Assembly (NCBI GenBank): GCA_951406725.2 | Contig: OX597816.1 | Span: forward strand, 81,034,001 to 81,098,000 | Reading direction: 5' to 3' | DNA: 64,000 nucleotides | Origin: Octopus vulgaris | Taxonomy: Eukaryota | Position numbers and translations under genes: made by a program | The notes under the pieces: model-generated | Told to the model about the DNA's origin: nothing | The model's database searches: none | The model's input: the letters and a program-made list of their open reading frames with translations, nothing else | Shown: piece after piece, positions 13,751 to 28,410 of the stretch | Position numbering within the stretch: position 1 is the stretch's first letter | How the letters are laid out: the number at the start of each line of letters is the position of its first letter

Positions 13751-14699
13751 ATTTGTCTTATCGCCGATGTTTGTACAAGAACCACTACGCACTAACGCGT
13801 TGACTTCTTTGAAAGTAAAGCATCATTCATCATTAAGGACAAATACAGAGAAGGGCTGAGAGAGAGAGAGAGAGGAGAGAGAAAGAGAGAGAACCTGAGA
13901 TGGAAACGAAAAGAAAAAGGAAAAGAGAGCAAGATCAAATAAAAGTGATATAAAGTCTATATATGTAGACTATATGTGAATGCCGGTGCAGCTGTTTTCT
14001 AATGCAAAGTTACTCGTTTTAGTAAACATGCAAACATGACGTTAATTGAAAATTATGGCGTTATGCAATTGGTATGCCACACATTATATTGAGGCATCGG
14101 TAGTTCGTTTATAATACATGCATGATATAGCGTAGTTCAGTAATATACAGTGTCATATTACGAAATTGTATTTCTTTCTTTCTTTCTTTCTTTTTTATTT
14201 AGTAACGGTGAAACACGTACAAATAACTTATAAACAAACATCGAAGATATAATCAAAGTTATATGATTCTGCAAAGTTCTCTGATAAGATAGCATTACAG
14301 ATAAATATAATTTTCTTTGTGATGAACGTTACATAATTCATCCAATATACACTTATGTTGTTTTGTTATCATTTATTATTATAGTTTGAGAAGGGTGTTT
14401 GATACCAGAGTTGGTAGAGTGTGGAAACACATAGCAGCATTTACATACATACATTTACATTCGAAGTTCAAATGCCACTAGAGTCAGCTTTACCCTTCTG
14501 AGGACAAACTAGATACTAGAGAGGTTACTGTTATAGACATAGTCAATTACATCTTCCTCTAAGATAATATAGAAAATATAATTATACTGAAGACGGTAAA
14601 TTGACAGAAATATTAGATAATCGGACAGAATGCCTAGTGATATTTGCACCGGCTCTTTATCAACCATCTGGTGTCGATAAAATAAACAAGTCAAGTTAA

Positions 14700-14931
14700 G
14701 GCCGCGAGCTGGCAGAACCGTTAGGACGCCGGGCGAAATGCGTAGCCGTATTTCGTCTGCCGTTACGTTCTGAGTTCAAATTCCGCCGAGGTCGACTTTG
14801 CCTTTCATCCTTTCGGGGTCGATAAATTAAGTACCAGTTACGCACTGGGGTCGATGTAATCGACTTAATTCGATTGTCTGTCCTTGTTCGTCCCCTCCAT
14901 ATTTAGCCCTTTATGAGTAATAAAGAAACAG
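14700..14931 (+). mobile_element. Full-length SINE family A
   Basis: Near-identical to 2909-2678. Flanked by the direct repeat ACAAGTCAAGT (14686-14696 / 14944-14954). Confidence 0.9.
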
Positions 14932-15479
14932 ATAACATAAACTACAAGTCAAGTACAGGGCTTTATGGAATCGATTAACCCCAACAACTAAAATAACTAA
15001 TTGCATTAAGACGCTGTTGAGTCCACTATTCATTCACAAAACTGAGACCGGGACTCGTTATTTTGATAAGAATAACCGTTTAATAACATCACTCGTAATT
15101 ATAAGAGACGGATTCTTTCCATATGCATTTATACACGCATATACACTGCTACATTCCCAATACCAACATACAATTCCATTAGCACCATCACCACCCACAC
15201 CAATACCACCAACATTTCCATACACATAGCGAGCGCTGGTTTTTATCTCTCCATAGATTATAGTGATTATGTCGCAATTTACTAGGAAATTTTTGTACCA
15301 ACATCCGGGACCTAAACTTTAAGAGGCGGTGAAATTTGAAATCCTTTTAAAGAAAGCGTGTGGGGCACACTAACCTTGGTAACAATAACAGCTCATTAAA
15401 ATTAATTTTCCGAATATATAATGAGCAGGTTTCTCTCTATACGAAATGGTATGTGTGTGTGTGTGTGTGTGTGTGCAAA

Positions 15480-15800
15480 TATAGGCGAACGAATCGACCC
15501 TAGTACTTATTTCTGTTTTTTAAGCCTGGTATTTTTCGCCAAAATGCTAGGTTACGTGGACGTAAACACACCAACACCGGTTATCGAGCGGCAGTGAGGG
15601 GCAAAGTTAGAGACAAATATACCTCAACACACACCCACACACCCACACACCACGGTCTTTTTTCTCTTCCCATCAACCAAATACACTTACAAAGGTTTGA
15701 TTGGCCCGAGGCTATAGAAGACACTCACCCAAAGTGTCACACAATGGAACTGAACCAGGAACCATGAGGTTATAAAGAAAAACTTCTTAACAGCCATGCC
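15480..15800 (-). mobile_element. SINE family C (tRNA head, CORE-like block, internal microsatellite), decayed
   Basis: Reverse complement resembles 52264-52632 (GGTTCAGTTCCA, TTGGGTGAGTGTCTTCTATAGCCTCGGGCC, GTGTTTACGTCCACGTAACCTAGC). Confidence 0.75.
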
Positions 15801-15891
15801 TACGCCTACACGCAAACACACGCACACATGGTTATACACATGCATATATCATCTTGTGTGTATATATATTATTGTTTTTATTATTACTATA

Positions 15892-15947
<56 letters not shown>

Positions 15948-16479
15948 ATATAGGTATAACATATACATACATATAAACATGCATATACTGTGTGCCTGTG
16001 TGTGTATGTGTGCGTGTGTGTATGTGTGCGTGTGTGTTTGTGTGTGATATACATGTGTATGTGGCTGTTTGTGTATTCTATGCGGAGTGTGAGTGTATGC
16101 ATGTTTCTATCGTTTCCTTATTTTTATAAATGTCCATTTCTGTTTTACTTGTTCCTCTTCTGGTCTTCATAGAGTTTCTGTGTTGTTTTCAAGCGGAGGC
16201 TTTATAAGTTCAAACACATTCCGGCTAACATGATGTCTCATATATATATTTATCTAACTCCCAATGATACTTTATGGATGTTATATTACAGGCGTGAAAT
16301 TCAATGAAACTATATCATACTCTCCATTAATCTTAGCCTCAAAGGTCGTAACTTTTATATTTGTTATACCAAATCTCTGTTATATTATATATGTGTGTGT
16401 GTGTATACAAATGTATATATGTATATATCTACATACACATATGAAACAAACAAATATTATGTGCATGTGCTTGTGTGTG

Positions 16480-16519
<40 letters not shown>

Positions 16520-17195
16520 GTCTGTGCATTGTGTGTGTATCTATAAATTTATGCATCATATACAATATTTATGTGGCTAAGCTTATATATTTAAATATGT
16601 GTATTAAGGATATATTATATGCGTTTATATGTGAGTATGAGTGCGCGCGCGCGTTTGTGTGTGTGTGTGTAAATGTGCATTTCGTGTGTATATATTGTTC
16701 ACATTCATATATGTATTTATGAATGAATACATGTATGTTGGTGTCGTAAAGTTGTAATATTTACGTATTTACCCAAGTATTAATGTATAAATACATTATT
16801 GTATATTGCGAAGATATCATTCCATCACATTCTTTATTTATTTGTCTTTTACACTCTTCCCCACCTCTCTCTCTCTCTTTCTCATACAGTTTCATATATA
16901 TATATATATATGCATGTGTATATGCATATATGTGTGTGCGTGAATGTGTGTGTGTGTGTGTGCTCGCGCGTACGTTTGATATATTTATGTATTTTGCTAT
17001 AAATATCTTAATGTATGCACACAAACACATATAGTTGTGAACACACATACACGCACACAAACACACGCACACACATAAACCTCGTACATCATTACAGTAT
17101 ATACCTCGTACATCATTATACGTTTAGTGTGGTGGGGTTGCCGGCAAGTAACCTTGTGAGCCAATGTCGGTCTTAACAACAACATTGCTTTTCTA

Positions 17196-17257
<62 letters not shown>

Positions 17258-17944
17258 TCCATGTGCCTCTGCGTATACCTGTGTGGGGGCGTGTTGTGTG
17301 CATGTGGATGTATGTATGCATATTTTGTATTCGTCGTCTTAGATAATTCCCAACTATTCTTGATAAGTAAATACAAAAAAAAATTGCATAAATTTACCCT
17401 GTTGTTGAAATACAAACGGCAATAAAATCGGCTAACTTAAATACTGCATATTTCAGAATTTTTTTTACATTCTGTTGACTAAATGTATTTGTAAAGAAGA
17501 AAAAGTGAGGCAAAATTCATTGTTCGGTCTTTGAAAAACCTACCGAAATAGTTTGTGTTTCATGTGATCTCTGTTCATGTTTATTTGGAAGGTTTCTTGC
17601 TGGATAGGGTAAATGCTAGCGTATTATGTAGTATTAAAGCAGAAATCCATTTTTGCATGTTGCTTCTTTTTAATTACTTCTGCGCTCATTACAAAGAACA
17701 AATGGTATATTACAACATAAAAGGAGAAAATACTCTTTTGTTAGACTTCTGACAACAATGAACTGAGATGCATACAAAAGAGAAATGTTCAGTGTTTTTT
17801 AGATTTTGTTTTCTTGTAAATATCCTGCATAGCTTAAGCGTACTAGAAAATGGTCTAAGGTTTACTTGAAAATTCCTTCTGTAGGAATTGTTAAAGTTCT
17901 CTTTCAAGATAAACATTTTCTAAACATTTTTCATTAAATATACA

Positions 17945-18109
17945 GGCACGGGCTTAGCCGTGTGGTTACGAAGTTCGATTCCCAAACCCTGGTTTCTGAT
18001 TTCGATGCCCCTGAGTACAAATCTCTACTGTAACTTCAGGTTGACAAATACGTTGGCATCAGAATTTAATCGTCCGAAACTGTGGAAAAGTTCGTTGTGT
18101 TTGTATATG
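17945..18109 (+). mobile_element. Decayed 5' half of SINE family C, ending at the mariner insertion
   Basis: GCTTAGCCGTGTGGTTACGAAGTT head with decayed body, then TG/TA microsatellite and the mariner TIR. Confidence 0.55.
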
Positions 18110-18111
18110 TA

Positions 18112-19087
18112 TTGGGTTGGCAAGAAAGTAATTTCGTTTTTTTATTGTAAAATAAAAGTCTTTTTCTTTTGTTTTTTTTTTTTCTTCTTCATACAAAGAA
18201 TTATATATTTTTCATTTTGTTCGATGACCTTTGCCATCTTTCTGGCAACTTCATGATTCCGCCCTCGCAGAACTTCTGATCCTTAGCAGCCAAAAACTGA
18301 AGCAAGTGCGATTTAAAGTCATCATCATTATTGAAAGTTTTACCATTCAAACAATTTCGCAAACTTCGAAATAAATGGCAATCTGGTGATGCAAGGCCAG
18401 CGCTATATGGTGGATGTGACATCACTTCCCAACCAAGCTCCAATAATCTTTCACGAGTTAGCAAAGACGTTTCTGGTCTAGTGTTGTCATGGTGGAAAAG
18501 GATTCCTTTACGATTTGCCAATTCTGGCCGTTTTTTCTTTGATTGAATCCTCCAGTTTCATCGGTTGTTGACAGTAAACATCTGAATTGATCATTTGGGT
18601 CCTTGGAAGCAGCTCAAAATATATACCTTTGTAGTCTCACCAAACTGACAGCATGACCTTTTTTATGCAATTCAGCTTTCGATGTGGCTTGTGCTGCTTC
18701 ATTACACTTGGACCATGATCGTTTTCGATTGATGTTATTGTAGACAATCCATTTTTCATCGCGAGTCATGATTCGTTTAAAATGCTAACCATTTCTGACA
18801 TGTACGTTCTGTTAAGCAATCACCACCTTAAACTTCACTTATTTCTTTGTGAGCCTCAGCAGCTTTCTTGCCTTTACGGAAATAAAAAAAGCAAAATATG
18901 GCCAAAATGTTCGTTTTTGCACTCCATGTAAAATTGACACTGAACTAACAACTGTAAACAAAATTACGCGCAATTTGCTTCTAAAGTAAGATAAAAGTAA
19001 CGACTATCAAATGTCAAAAGAGAAAAATCATAATATTGACAAAAGTCATTAAAAAAAATAGTAACTATCTATTTGCGAAAAACGAAA
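18112..19087 (-). mobile_element. Mariner (DD34D) DNA transposon, internally deleted, transposase pseudogene
   Basis: TA then TIR TTGGGTTGGCAAGAAAGTAATTTCG at 18112. Minus-strand translation from ATG 18927 gives MECKNEHFGHILL..FRKGKKAAEAHKEI..TERTCQKW fused to KRIMTRDEKWIVYNN, then HHDNTRP..HPPYSAGLASPDCHLFRSL (cf. YSPDLAPSD)..GIMKLPERW. Has frameshifts and stops. Only the inner part of the other TIR (AAAAACGAAA, ~19078-19087) remains. Confidence 0.93.
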
Positions 19088-20576
19088 GTTCAGAAGTTTG
19101 CTCGGCAATAAGAGCCCTTCAGTGTGTTTGTTTTCTTTTCCATAGGCCTCTTCGTCCCTTCCGGGTCGACATACTGCTCTATCTGAAACTGGGTAAACAG
19201 AAACTGTAAAAGTCTGTCGAATGGACGGCATTTATGTTTTAAAGAGCGAGCCTTGTCACAGTGTCTGACATCGTTTCTCCATGAAGTTTACAATAACAAT
19301 ACTAGTGACTGCAGAATACTTACCCGTTAATATAATAACCCAATGCAGATGTATATTCCCGAGAAACCGTTTATATCACTGTGTTTGTGCAAAACAGCAT
19401 GCCGAATCGCGAGAGAATAAGTATAAACAAAGAAAAGTTATTTACAATTAACCAGTTTCACATGCTCGTTTGCCTTTCAAAGAAACGAAAAGCAACCAAG
19501 CGTTAACAGGTAGCACTTTCGATCAAAGATTCGCCATATTTCACTACTTTTGGACATGATGAAAATCGTGAATCGGGTTTAGTAATATGAATAAATTTTC
19601 TTAAAGTGTATTTTCAACTTCTTTTCTTTGTGTGTGTGTGCGTGCGTGCGTGCTTATATATGTGTTGATATATCCTTTAAGTCAGTTTATGTGAAACCTT
19701 TTTGAGTGCGCTCATGAAAAGCTCCTATGTTATATGATAGGATACAGTTTCATGAAGTAGGATGTCTAGCAGTTATTTTCGCAACGTACACCCTTCCCTG
19801 TTATCTGATGAGGTACAATAGATGCATACAGGGGCTGGTATTTTAACTACAAGGACCCCCTTGTTGGCACAGACAGGCTAAATAGTTGGTTTGAGAAGGT
19901 AACTTGTAACTGTGCTTAACTTGTTGGTTGGTAAGTCTGACTGACCTATTATACAGATGAGAGTTTGGTGACTTCGGCTGATTCGAGGCTACATGTAATA
20001 GGAGAACGATATATTACAGTGTTTGAGGTAGAATGCGAACTCTGTAGCTCTTAGTTGTACGTCTGTTACCTCCAAACAACTCGTTTACATTTCCAAATAT
20101 TTGCAGTGGCTGAATACAAACCATTCATCGTATCTTTTTTGTCTTGTTTTGTATATGAAGCAAAATATGAAGGATCAGTTATAATTATGTAGTAAAAAGC
20201 AACATATATGTGTATATATATATGTATGTATATATACATACACACATATTCACATACAAATACTAAGCAACACAGCCACATATGTATGTGCATTCATATA
20301 TATATATATATATATATATATAAACAAAGGAGATTGCTTTGTTTATAAAGTAGCATCAAATATATTGATTATTTGAAGGAGCAATCGTTCCTGTCAACAG
20401 TCCGTTTGTTTGTATTTCATCACGAACTGGAAAATAGTTTTTTTTTTTCCATTTTTCCAATACTTTGTCTGAATTCTCCGGGGTGTGTTGTATCTACAGA
20501 AAGTAAATACGAAAGTAGTTAATCTGTTATGTGTTGCAGTATTTGTGCGTGACGTGTGTGGTGTGTTTGTGTGTGT

Positions 20577-20625
<49 letters not shown>

Positions 20626-21452
20626 TGTGTGTGTACAAGGAGAGAAATGTTTGTTAGGGTCAGTATGTTCGTGTGTGCGTGTGTCAGTGAGCGCACGCAT
20701 TTGGGATACCTGTGGCAAATGAGTGGTGGAAAGAGTTAAAGGAAAGAGAAACAGTCTATGTCTGTGACAATGAGTGCGCGTTTATGCGGGTAAGTGCTTG
20801 TGCGTGAGAGAGACAGAGGCAGAGACAGAGAGAAACAGGAACAGAAGATGACAGTGTGACAGTCAGTGTGTGTTAGTGAATGTGTATTTGTGAGTGAATA
20901 AAGACAGTGAAAAAGTAAGACAGAAGGAAACGTTGGCGCAGGTATAGGAAACAGCGTGAGCTTTCTTATCTGTATGCTTGTCAATTGTATGCTATTATTA
21001 TGTGATTTATGAGTGTATGAGTGTATAAGTGTGTGTTAGTGTGTGATTTGAATGCGTGTATGACGCAGTGTCCGGGTATTCATTGGTTTTGTTTGATTCA
21101 TGTTCCTTCCAATGTTATTACGAATTAGTAATTGCCCAGTGTTACGGGGATTCAGATGTTTCCTATATATATATATATATATATATATATTCATGTTAAT
21201 GTGTGTGTGTTTGTATGTATGTAGTTTTATATTTGCGCGTGTACACACACACACGCACACACACACACACATACACATTGGTGTAACTGTGTGCGTGTGC
21301 ATGTACGTGTGTCTGCGTGTTTTAACTTACAATGCCCGTCTAGAAAATCGGCAGATAAATATACTGAATGTGGTTGAGCGTTATCTCGCAAACCTGATTA
21401 GCTTACAAAAGTAAATGCATGGAAGTACATATACATATATTTATATGCGTAA

Positions 21453-21513
<61 letters not shown>

Positions 21514-21800
21514 AGATATATGCTTGCTTGCTACAAATAACTGTGTGTATGTATGTATGTATGTATGTATGTATGTATGTATGTATGTATGTATGTATGT
21601 ATGTGTGTGTGTATGTATGTATGTATGTATGTATGTATGTATGTATGTATGTATGTATGTATGTATGTATGTATGTATGTATGTATGTATGTATGTATGT
21701 GTATGTATGTATGTATGTATGTATGTATGTGTATGTATGTGTATGTATGTATGTATGTATGTATGCATGTATGTATATATGTATGTATGTATGTATGTAT
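21453..21800. repeat. (TG)n and long (TATG)n microsatellites
   Basis: Directly visible. Confidence 0.98.
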
Positions 21801-21984
21801 AAATGAAATTGCAAACACACACGTACAAACAACATTTTCGCAATTTTATAGTTTTATTTTATATTACTGCTTGTATTATTTATGAACAAGAACATGTCGG
21901 AAATTTTACAATATTTTCCCTAGCGGGAAAACTAATAATTATTCTACTTTCTTCACAAACTCTGACCGTTAACTTCAGAATTTT

Positions 21985-22043
<59 letters not shown>

Positions 22044-22764
22044 TCCCTCTCTCTCTCGCTCGCTCACTCGCTCACACACATTCTATCTCCTTTATGTCTG
22101 TCTCCTTCTATTTCAACCATAGTTATAATTCCTAAGAAAAATCACTGTTATCGAAACAGGATAAGCTTAAGCATTGAATTATTTTAATAATGTATTGCGT
22201 CTCTGGCTTCAACAAAATGGTTGTATTCACTGTTATTTTTCCATGACCATGCAACCACGACAGTTACATCGTTCTAGAAGTATGTTTAGTATAACATATT
22301 CCAGTACGCTCTTTCGTTTCCAAAACGTCGTTTTATGATGGATACCTGACTGTTATTTCTACCAGATCAAGCGATGTGTTTCATTGTTATATATATTTCA
22401 CTCCGCACCAGATCTGATTAAGTAATCCTAAGTCAAAAGCATTTCATCGATGACCAGCCCGTATTTTCTCAGTGAAATATATCTAGTAGAATTGTGACTC
22501 AGTTTTAGTTCAGTAGACTTGAGTAATGAGACATGGAGACATGGCACCGCCCGATCCAGGAGTCATACCTACGACCTTACCATTGTGAAGCCAACACCCC
22601 AACCAGTAGGCGACTGGTGCAGCTGTCCTCCTCCAACAGTTTTACACTGGATGGTCTGCGAATCAAGAGTGGCGGGTAGAGTGATGTAGAGGCTGCCTAT
22701 GTTTACTCGGTGTTTTCTCTGCCTCAGTGTATTTAAAACTACTCGCTTTACTATTATTATTATT

Positions 22765-22981
22765 CAGTAGTTTTATTTTTATAGCGTGCTTTCACTTCAC
22801 TACCGAGCGCAGCTCTGTGTGCCTTGGGTATGTGATGTGATTTGTTGTGATGCTCTGATGGTTACTGTATGGAAAGTGTTCTACGTAGGATGTGTGCAGT
22901 GCCTAGTAGTGCAATTTTCTGTATGTTATATGTGTTTGTAAGTCCTGGTGTTTTTGTTATGTATTTGTCTGAATATTTTTT
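22765..22981 (-). mobile_element. 5'-truncated R4/Dong-type non-LTR retrotransposon (C-terminus plus 3' UTR)
   Basis: Minus strand reads KYSDKYITKTPGLTNTYNIQKIALLGTAHILRRTLSIQ* (stop 22862-22864), a typical R4-clade C-terminal motif. Flanked on both sides by (TAA)n. Confidence 0.85.
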
Positions 22982-23439
22982 TTATTATTATCATTATTAT
23001 TATTATTGATGATGATGATGATGATGATGAAGATGATAATGGTAGTGCAGTTTTCAAATTACATTAAATTAATTTAATTTGACTATGTCTTGCAATTACG
23101 TAATTCTACATTTAGTGGTGTTAATCTTAGCGAAACAACTGTTGTGTACAAAATATAAATATGTGATAGCTTTCTGCTTTTATGCTTTGTGTGTGTGCAC
23201 TATATGCATACATACAACATTACACTACCATTATGTGTATGTGTATGTTAAATAGAAATAGGAAGTGTAAGTTTGGAAATAACAAGAGAACATTTATTGA
23301 TAAGGGGACTCATATTCGGAGTAGACTCAAATTTACTATATAATTCATTTTAAGTGGAAATGTAATCTTCGGTTGATGGCTTACGCAGCTGGTTGAATGA
23401 ATCTGAAAGCGATAATTAATCTTCCACTCTACGAATTTT

Positions 23440-23492
<53 letters not shown>

Positions 23493-23504
23493 ACATTTAC
23501 TTTT

Positions 23505-23687
23505 ATTTGTTTCATTCATATGACTGAGGCCATGTTGGGACGCCTCCCTGAAAGGTTCAATCGAACAAATCGACTCCAGTATTTATTTTTAAACCTGCTA
23601 CTTATTCCAATGGTTTCTTATTGCCGAACCGCTAAGTTACGGGACGTAAACAAAACCGACATTGGTTGTCAAGCGGCAGTGGGGAAT

Positions 23688-23729
<42 letters not shown>

Positions 23730-23860
23730 GCACGCACACACACAACAGGCTTCTTTAAGTTTTTCGTCTACGAAATTCACTCACCAGGCTTTGGTCGACA
23801 TGCCAAGCAATAGAACAGAACCTGAACCCATGTGGCTGAGAAAGTAAGGTTCTTACCACA
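23505..23860 (-). mobile_element. SINE family C with internal (CA)n
   Basis: TTGCCGAACCGCTAAGTTACGGGACGTAAAC and GAACCTGAACCCATGTGG..TTCTTACCACA match the reverse complement of 52264-52632 and 62920-63480. Confidence 0.8.
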
Positions 23861-23868
23861 AACAATCT

Positions 23869-24206
23869 GAGAGACCCCCTTCGGTCACGACACTGACCAT
23901 GGGATTGCACCTAGAAAGTTACCCTCCCAGGCCCAAGTCCGGGCAAGGTTGTTTATGGAAGACCAGCAGTCGCCCATGCTTACCGGCCTCCCCTCTCCAC
24001 ACCACCAGTGTTATCCAAGGGAAAGACAAAGGCCGATACAGCTTCGCACCTGTGACGTCGCAACTCATATCTACAGCTGAATGAACTGGAGAAACGTGAA
24101 ATAAAGTGTCTTGCTCAAGAACACAACACGCAGCCCGGTCCGGGATTCGAGCTCACAACCACACGATCGTAAGCTCGACGCTCTAACCACTGAGCCATGC
24201 GCCTTC
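23869..24206 (-). mobile_element. Full-length SINE family B (tRNA-Arg-like head, CORE-like block)
   Basis: Minus strand: A box TGGCTCAGTGG, anticodon-like loop TTACGAT, B box GCTCGAATCCC, then GTGTTCTTGAGCAAGACACTTTA. Other copies at 31669-31998 and 36028-36365. Confidence 0.88.
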
Positions 24207-24744
24207 ACTAACAATATAATATATATTTTATAGAGAGGCGGAATAGAGAACATGCATATCTATATAAGGTATGTGTGTATGCGCGTGCGTGTATTTATTC
24301 ATAAATCACAGGGATTACATTCTTAACTAAATTAAAAATCGGACCTTATCAAATGTTTCCCTTTATTTTTCGATTTCTTTTTCCATCACTTTGTCACTTC
24401 CCCTTTGGCTTTTTCCTTCACTTTCTACTTCTTCTCGATTCAACTACAACCTTTCTCATTTCTACTTGTCTGAATATTTCTGAATTTCCTGCCTTGCAAT
24501 CCAACATACTTACATTTCCCTTACTCTGTAATTTTACTAAAAGATTCCAGAGGTGAATGGTCATTTGAACAAGCAGTCAGAGAGTCCATCTAAGAAGAGC
24601 AGTTACGTAGCAGTTACGTAACTTTGAATATTATTTAATAACCAAGCACCGATGAAAATATTTCACGCCGTTACTTATTTAGAAAATGGCTTTTTTAAAG
24701 AGTAATAGAATATTTTATAGCTTTTTAAAGAGCAATACAATATT

Positions 24745-25210
24745 TTATCAATACGGAAGGGATGAAAGGCTGTGATCACTTTCAACTTTCATCTCTCCGT
24801 GGTCGATAAAATAAAGTACTCGTCCTGCACTGGATCGATGTTCATTTCCCTCAAAATTGTTAGCCATTATTATTATTGTTACTATAATTTTCATTATCAT
24901 TCTTGATTTCCGCCGAGGGGGCGATAAGATAAGCACCAGTTGTGAACTGGGGTCGATGTAATCGACTTAACGCCCTCCCCAAAATTGCTGCCCTTATGGC
25001 AAAATTTGAAACCATCATTATTATTATTATTATTATATTATCATTATTATTATTAACCAGGCAGAATCGTTAGCACGCCTGGAAAAATGCTTAGCAGCAT
25101 TTCGTCCGTCCTTACGTTCTACGTTTAAATTTCGCCGAAGTCGATAAGTACTAATTGACTAGACCCCCTCCCCCAAATTTCAGACTTTGTGCCTATATTA
25201 GAAACGATTA
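24745..25210 (+). mobile_element. Cluster of partial SINE family A copies with (ATT)n tails
   Basis: GTCGATAAAATAAAGTAC, GGGGTCGATGTAATCGAC and GGCAGAATCGTTAGCACGCC motifs. Confidence 0.7.
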
Positions 25211-25212
25211 TT

Positions 25213-25246
<34 letters not shown>

Positions 25247-25833
25247 CGAGGTCGATTCTATCACCTGAAACCTCACTGAAATCGCTGGCTTTCTGCCAAC
25301 ATGTGAAACAATTATTGTCATTTAAGACAAAAACGACACATATTTTTAGGGTGTATTAAACTGGTCCAATACTTGTTTTACTTCTATATTTTATATCGCA
25401 ATTTGTAAATATAAACCTTTCAACGGGTCACTCATATATCGACTGTATTCCTGACGTCGATCGTAATAAGGTGGCGTCTATGCAAGTCAGTGAAGACCGA
25501 TTATAACAAGTGACTTCGTTCAAAGCACCTGCATTGGACTGACATTAAGTTTTCATTAAGGTAGACACTGAATAAGCCTTTATTTTGTTTCAAAAACGAA
25601 AAATGTCTCCATAGTTTAGAAGTAAAACAGGGGGTCGATGTTTATACCCGTTTCAGATGGTTAATAGTGTAAATAGAGGGAAAGTGATTCAACAGGATAT
25701 TGGACCCTGCTGCGTCCACGACTTGCCATGGTCTTTCTTCATGCTCTGTTTTTGATCAAATAAATATCAGTAGGTATTATGTTAATTATTATAATTAGCT
25801 GATACACAGTTACACACAAAACATGGGGCGCGT

Positions 25834-25865
<32 letters not shown>

Positions 25866-28079
25866 ATGTGTGTATGTATATGAGTGACTTTTGCCAATGC
25901 AGGTGTGATGTGTATGTATACAAGGTTGTACGGTGCGCATATGTGTGTGTTTGCGCGCGCGCGCGCGCGCGCATGTGTGTGTGCAAAGAAACACGCATTT
26001 TCCTTAGATAAATATGACTCCATATATGAGAAATTTACAAATGGAAGATATCACACTCTTCACACATACGCACACACACACACAACACAGTAACTAAACA
26101 GAGCAATCATATGTATATAATTATTTTCATACGAGTTCATAACAAAAAATTTATTAGCGGTATTGTCATGCGCATTCATTCACGCACGAAAACAACTCAC
26201 ACTCACACAATTAATAATAAATAACAACAAAGCCTAAATAAGCACTTGCATCCCTTATTTTCCAAATAGAATTGAAAAGATATGCGACAACAACCTGCAG
26301 TCTTGCCAACTAATCAAAATAAAGACAAGATTTGAAACGAAAAAAATATTTCATAGAAGAGGGGAGGGCTCTTTTCTTCTCTCATGAATCTTAATGACAC
26401 AGGAATGCTATCATTGCTGTGGTATGTCTCCCAGGTTCAACATCACCGTCAGTATAGCGATGTTGTTGTTGTTGTTGTGTGGCGGCGCCTACTTGCTTGC
26501 GATCCTGTATGTATGTGTATGTTCGTGTGCATGTATATGTATGACGGTGTCGGATGTTTGTCTGATGATGTTTGTGTGCAATGGCATGAGATTTGCATGT
26601 ATGTGCGTGTGTTCTATCTTGCTTGTTTGTGTGATGGTAGGGATAGATGATGATGATGAGGAAGAGGAGGAGGATTGAGTGTGTGTGATGGAGCAATGAA
26701 GGATGAGAGTGAACGGACGCGTGTGTGTATGTATACATGTGTATAGGTGCGTTAATCTCAGTACTAACGCTGACGTTTCAGTTATAGTTACTACTCTTAA
26801 TAATCGTAATACTGGAAATGTCGATGAGGAGGAGGAGGAGGAGAAGGAGGAGGAAGAGGAGGTTGAAGTTGATGATGATCAGTACCACGATAAAGGCGAC
26901 AACTAACTTCCATACAACATATAGCAATCACAACTCACAGCCGCCATTTTCACCCTCTATTCACCACAACACATGCATTTTATTGAATATCTGTTTCTTT
27001 TATAAGTTGCTACCAAAATTTTGCTTTTTCCAAATTAGCTAACAGTATAGAAACCTACCTAAACTCCCATGCAGCAACTGAAAATTCTCTACTCCTCATT
27101 CAAACGCTACCACAACTGCCATCAAGGGTCTTCCTAAACACTTCGCCTAACCATTTTAATCTACTGAAATACCCTTCCTGTCCACCATTTCCTAACAAGT
27201 ATCAGTTTGAAGTGGTTTTAATCCGAACATTAACCACATCTAATCTCCAAAATGTCAGTCAATTTTCAAGGTGCTGTGATTTTAACTTCACCACATATAT
27301 GAGGCTAAATAATGGTTTCAGTGTTTGGATCAAGGACTCAAATAAGAAGAAGGCGCCTACCTTATTTAATTTGGCGCTTTAGTGACCGGTAACTGATTAA
27401 TCAACCCCCGAAAGGATGACAGACAAAGTCGGAAGCAACATCTGAGCCTAGTAAGTAAAGGTCGTGAATTGATTTCACTGCCACATATTTGGATGGATAT
27501 GAATAAATGATTTAATCGATCCCAAGAAGTTAATTGTCCTTTATTTTATGGACAACGAAAGAATGCAAAGCTGATTTGCGCATGATTCGAACACAAAACA
27601 TAATTAAATATCCCGAAGCATTATGCCAACACCGACTTCGTTCAGACTAAATAATGTATTCTAATATAGGCACAGTTCCAACTAAATCAATGAGCGGTAT
27701 CAATATAAAAATTCCTGTGTGTTCTGTGTATTTGTCATGTTGAGTTCGATACGTTCAACATGTACAACCGCCCATTTTTTTCAGTAAAATAAAATATAAC
27801 AACAGGTCGAGCTACGTAAACCATACGCACACAGGCATAAGCACACATTTTTACATATAAGCACGTAATTCAGTCATATACGAAGTTACGGAAATCAACG
27901 ACACAAGACGATATGTCAGGCCGTTTTCTGCCTCCAGGCGTTTGATAAAATGAATGATGGTAAAGAGGATGATATAATAGACTATCAGGTTTTATTACGT
28001 CCTTGAGGAAGAGAAGCAGTACACGCAAAGGAAGAGCTGGAGAAAGGTGGGGAGGGGTCGTAAATGAGAAGGATTATAG

Positions 28080-28133
28080 AAAAGGGGGGAGAAGGAGGAG
28101 GAAGGAGGAAAAAAGATTGAAAAGAAGAAGAAG

Positions 28134-28164
<31 letters not shown>

Positions 28165-28410
28165 TGAAGAAGAAGTTGAAGAAGAAGAGAGGGAGAAAAG
28201 AATGAAAAGAGAGAAGGAGGAGATGAAGAAGAAAAAGGTGGAGAGGAAGAAGGCGGAGCAGAGGAAATAGAAAGAGAGGAAACAGAAGAAGGGGAGGAAA
28301 AGAGAAGAAGAAGAAGAAGAAGAAGAAGAAGAAGAAGAAGAAGAAGAAGAACAACAACAACAACAACAACAACAAAAACAACAACAACAACGACAATGAC
28401 AACAACATAA
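28080..28410. repeat. Compound (GAA)n/(CAA)n purine-rich repeat
   Basis: Directly visible; explains ORFs 27985-28479. Confidence 0.95.

Noticed and set aside
14580-14622. CTGAAGA...GAAA...TA hammerhead-like spacing
   Set aside because: Stem II (CGGTA/TGACA) does not pair and the stem I closing pair is mismatched. Compatible with chance in AT-rich DNA.
19795-19835. CTGATGA inside a CCCTGT/ACAGGG stem
   Set aside because: No GAAA or third helix, so it is not a hammerhead.
24130-24206. tRNA-Arg-like sequence (also ~31930-31998, 36030-36110 and 22545-22615)
   Set aside because: A and B boxes are present but the cloverleaf is not intact, and most continue into a SINE body. These are SINE heads, not tRNA genes.
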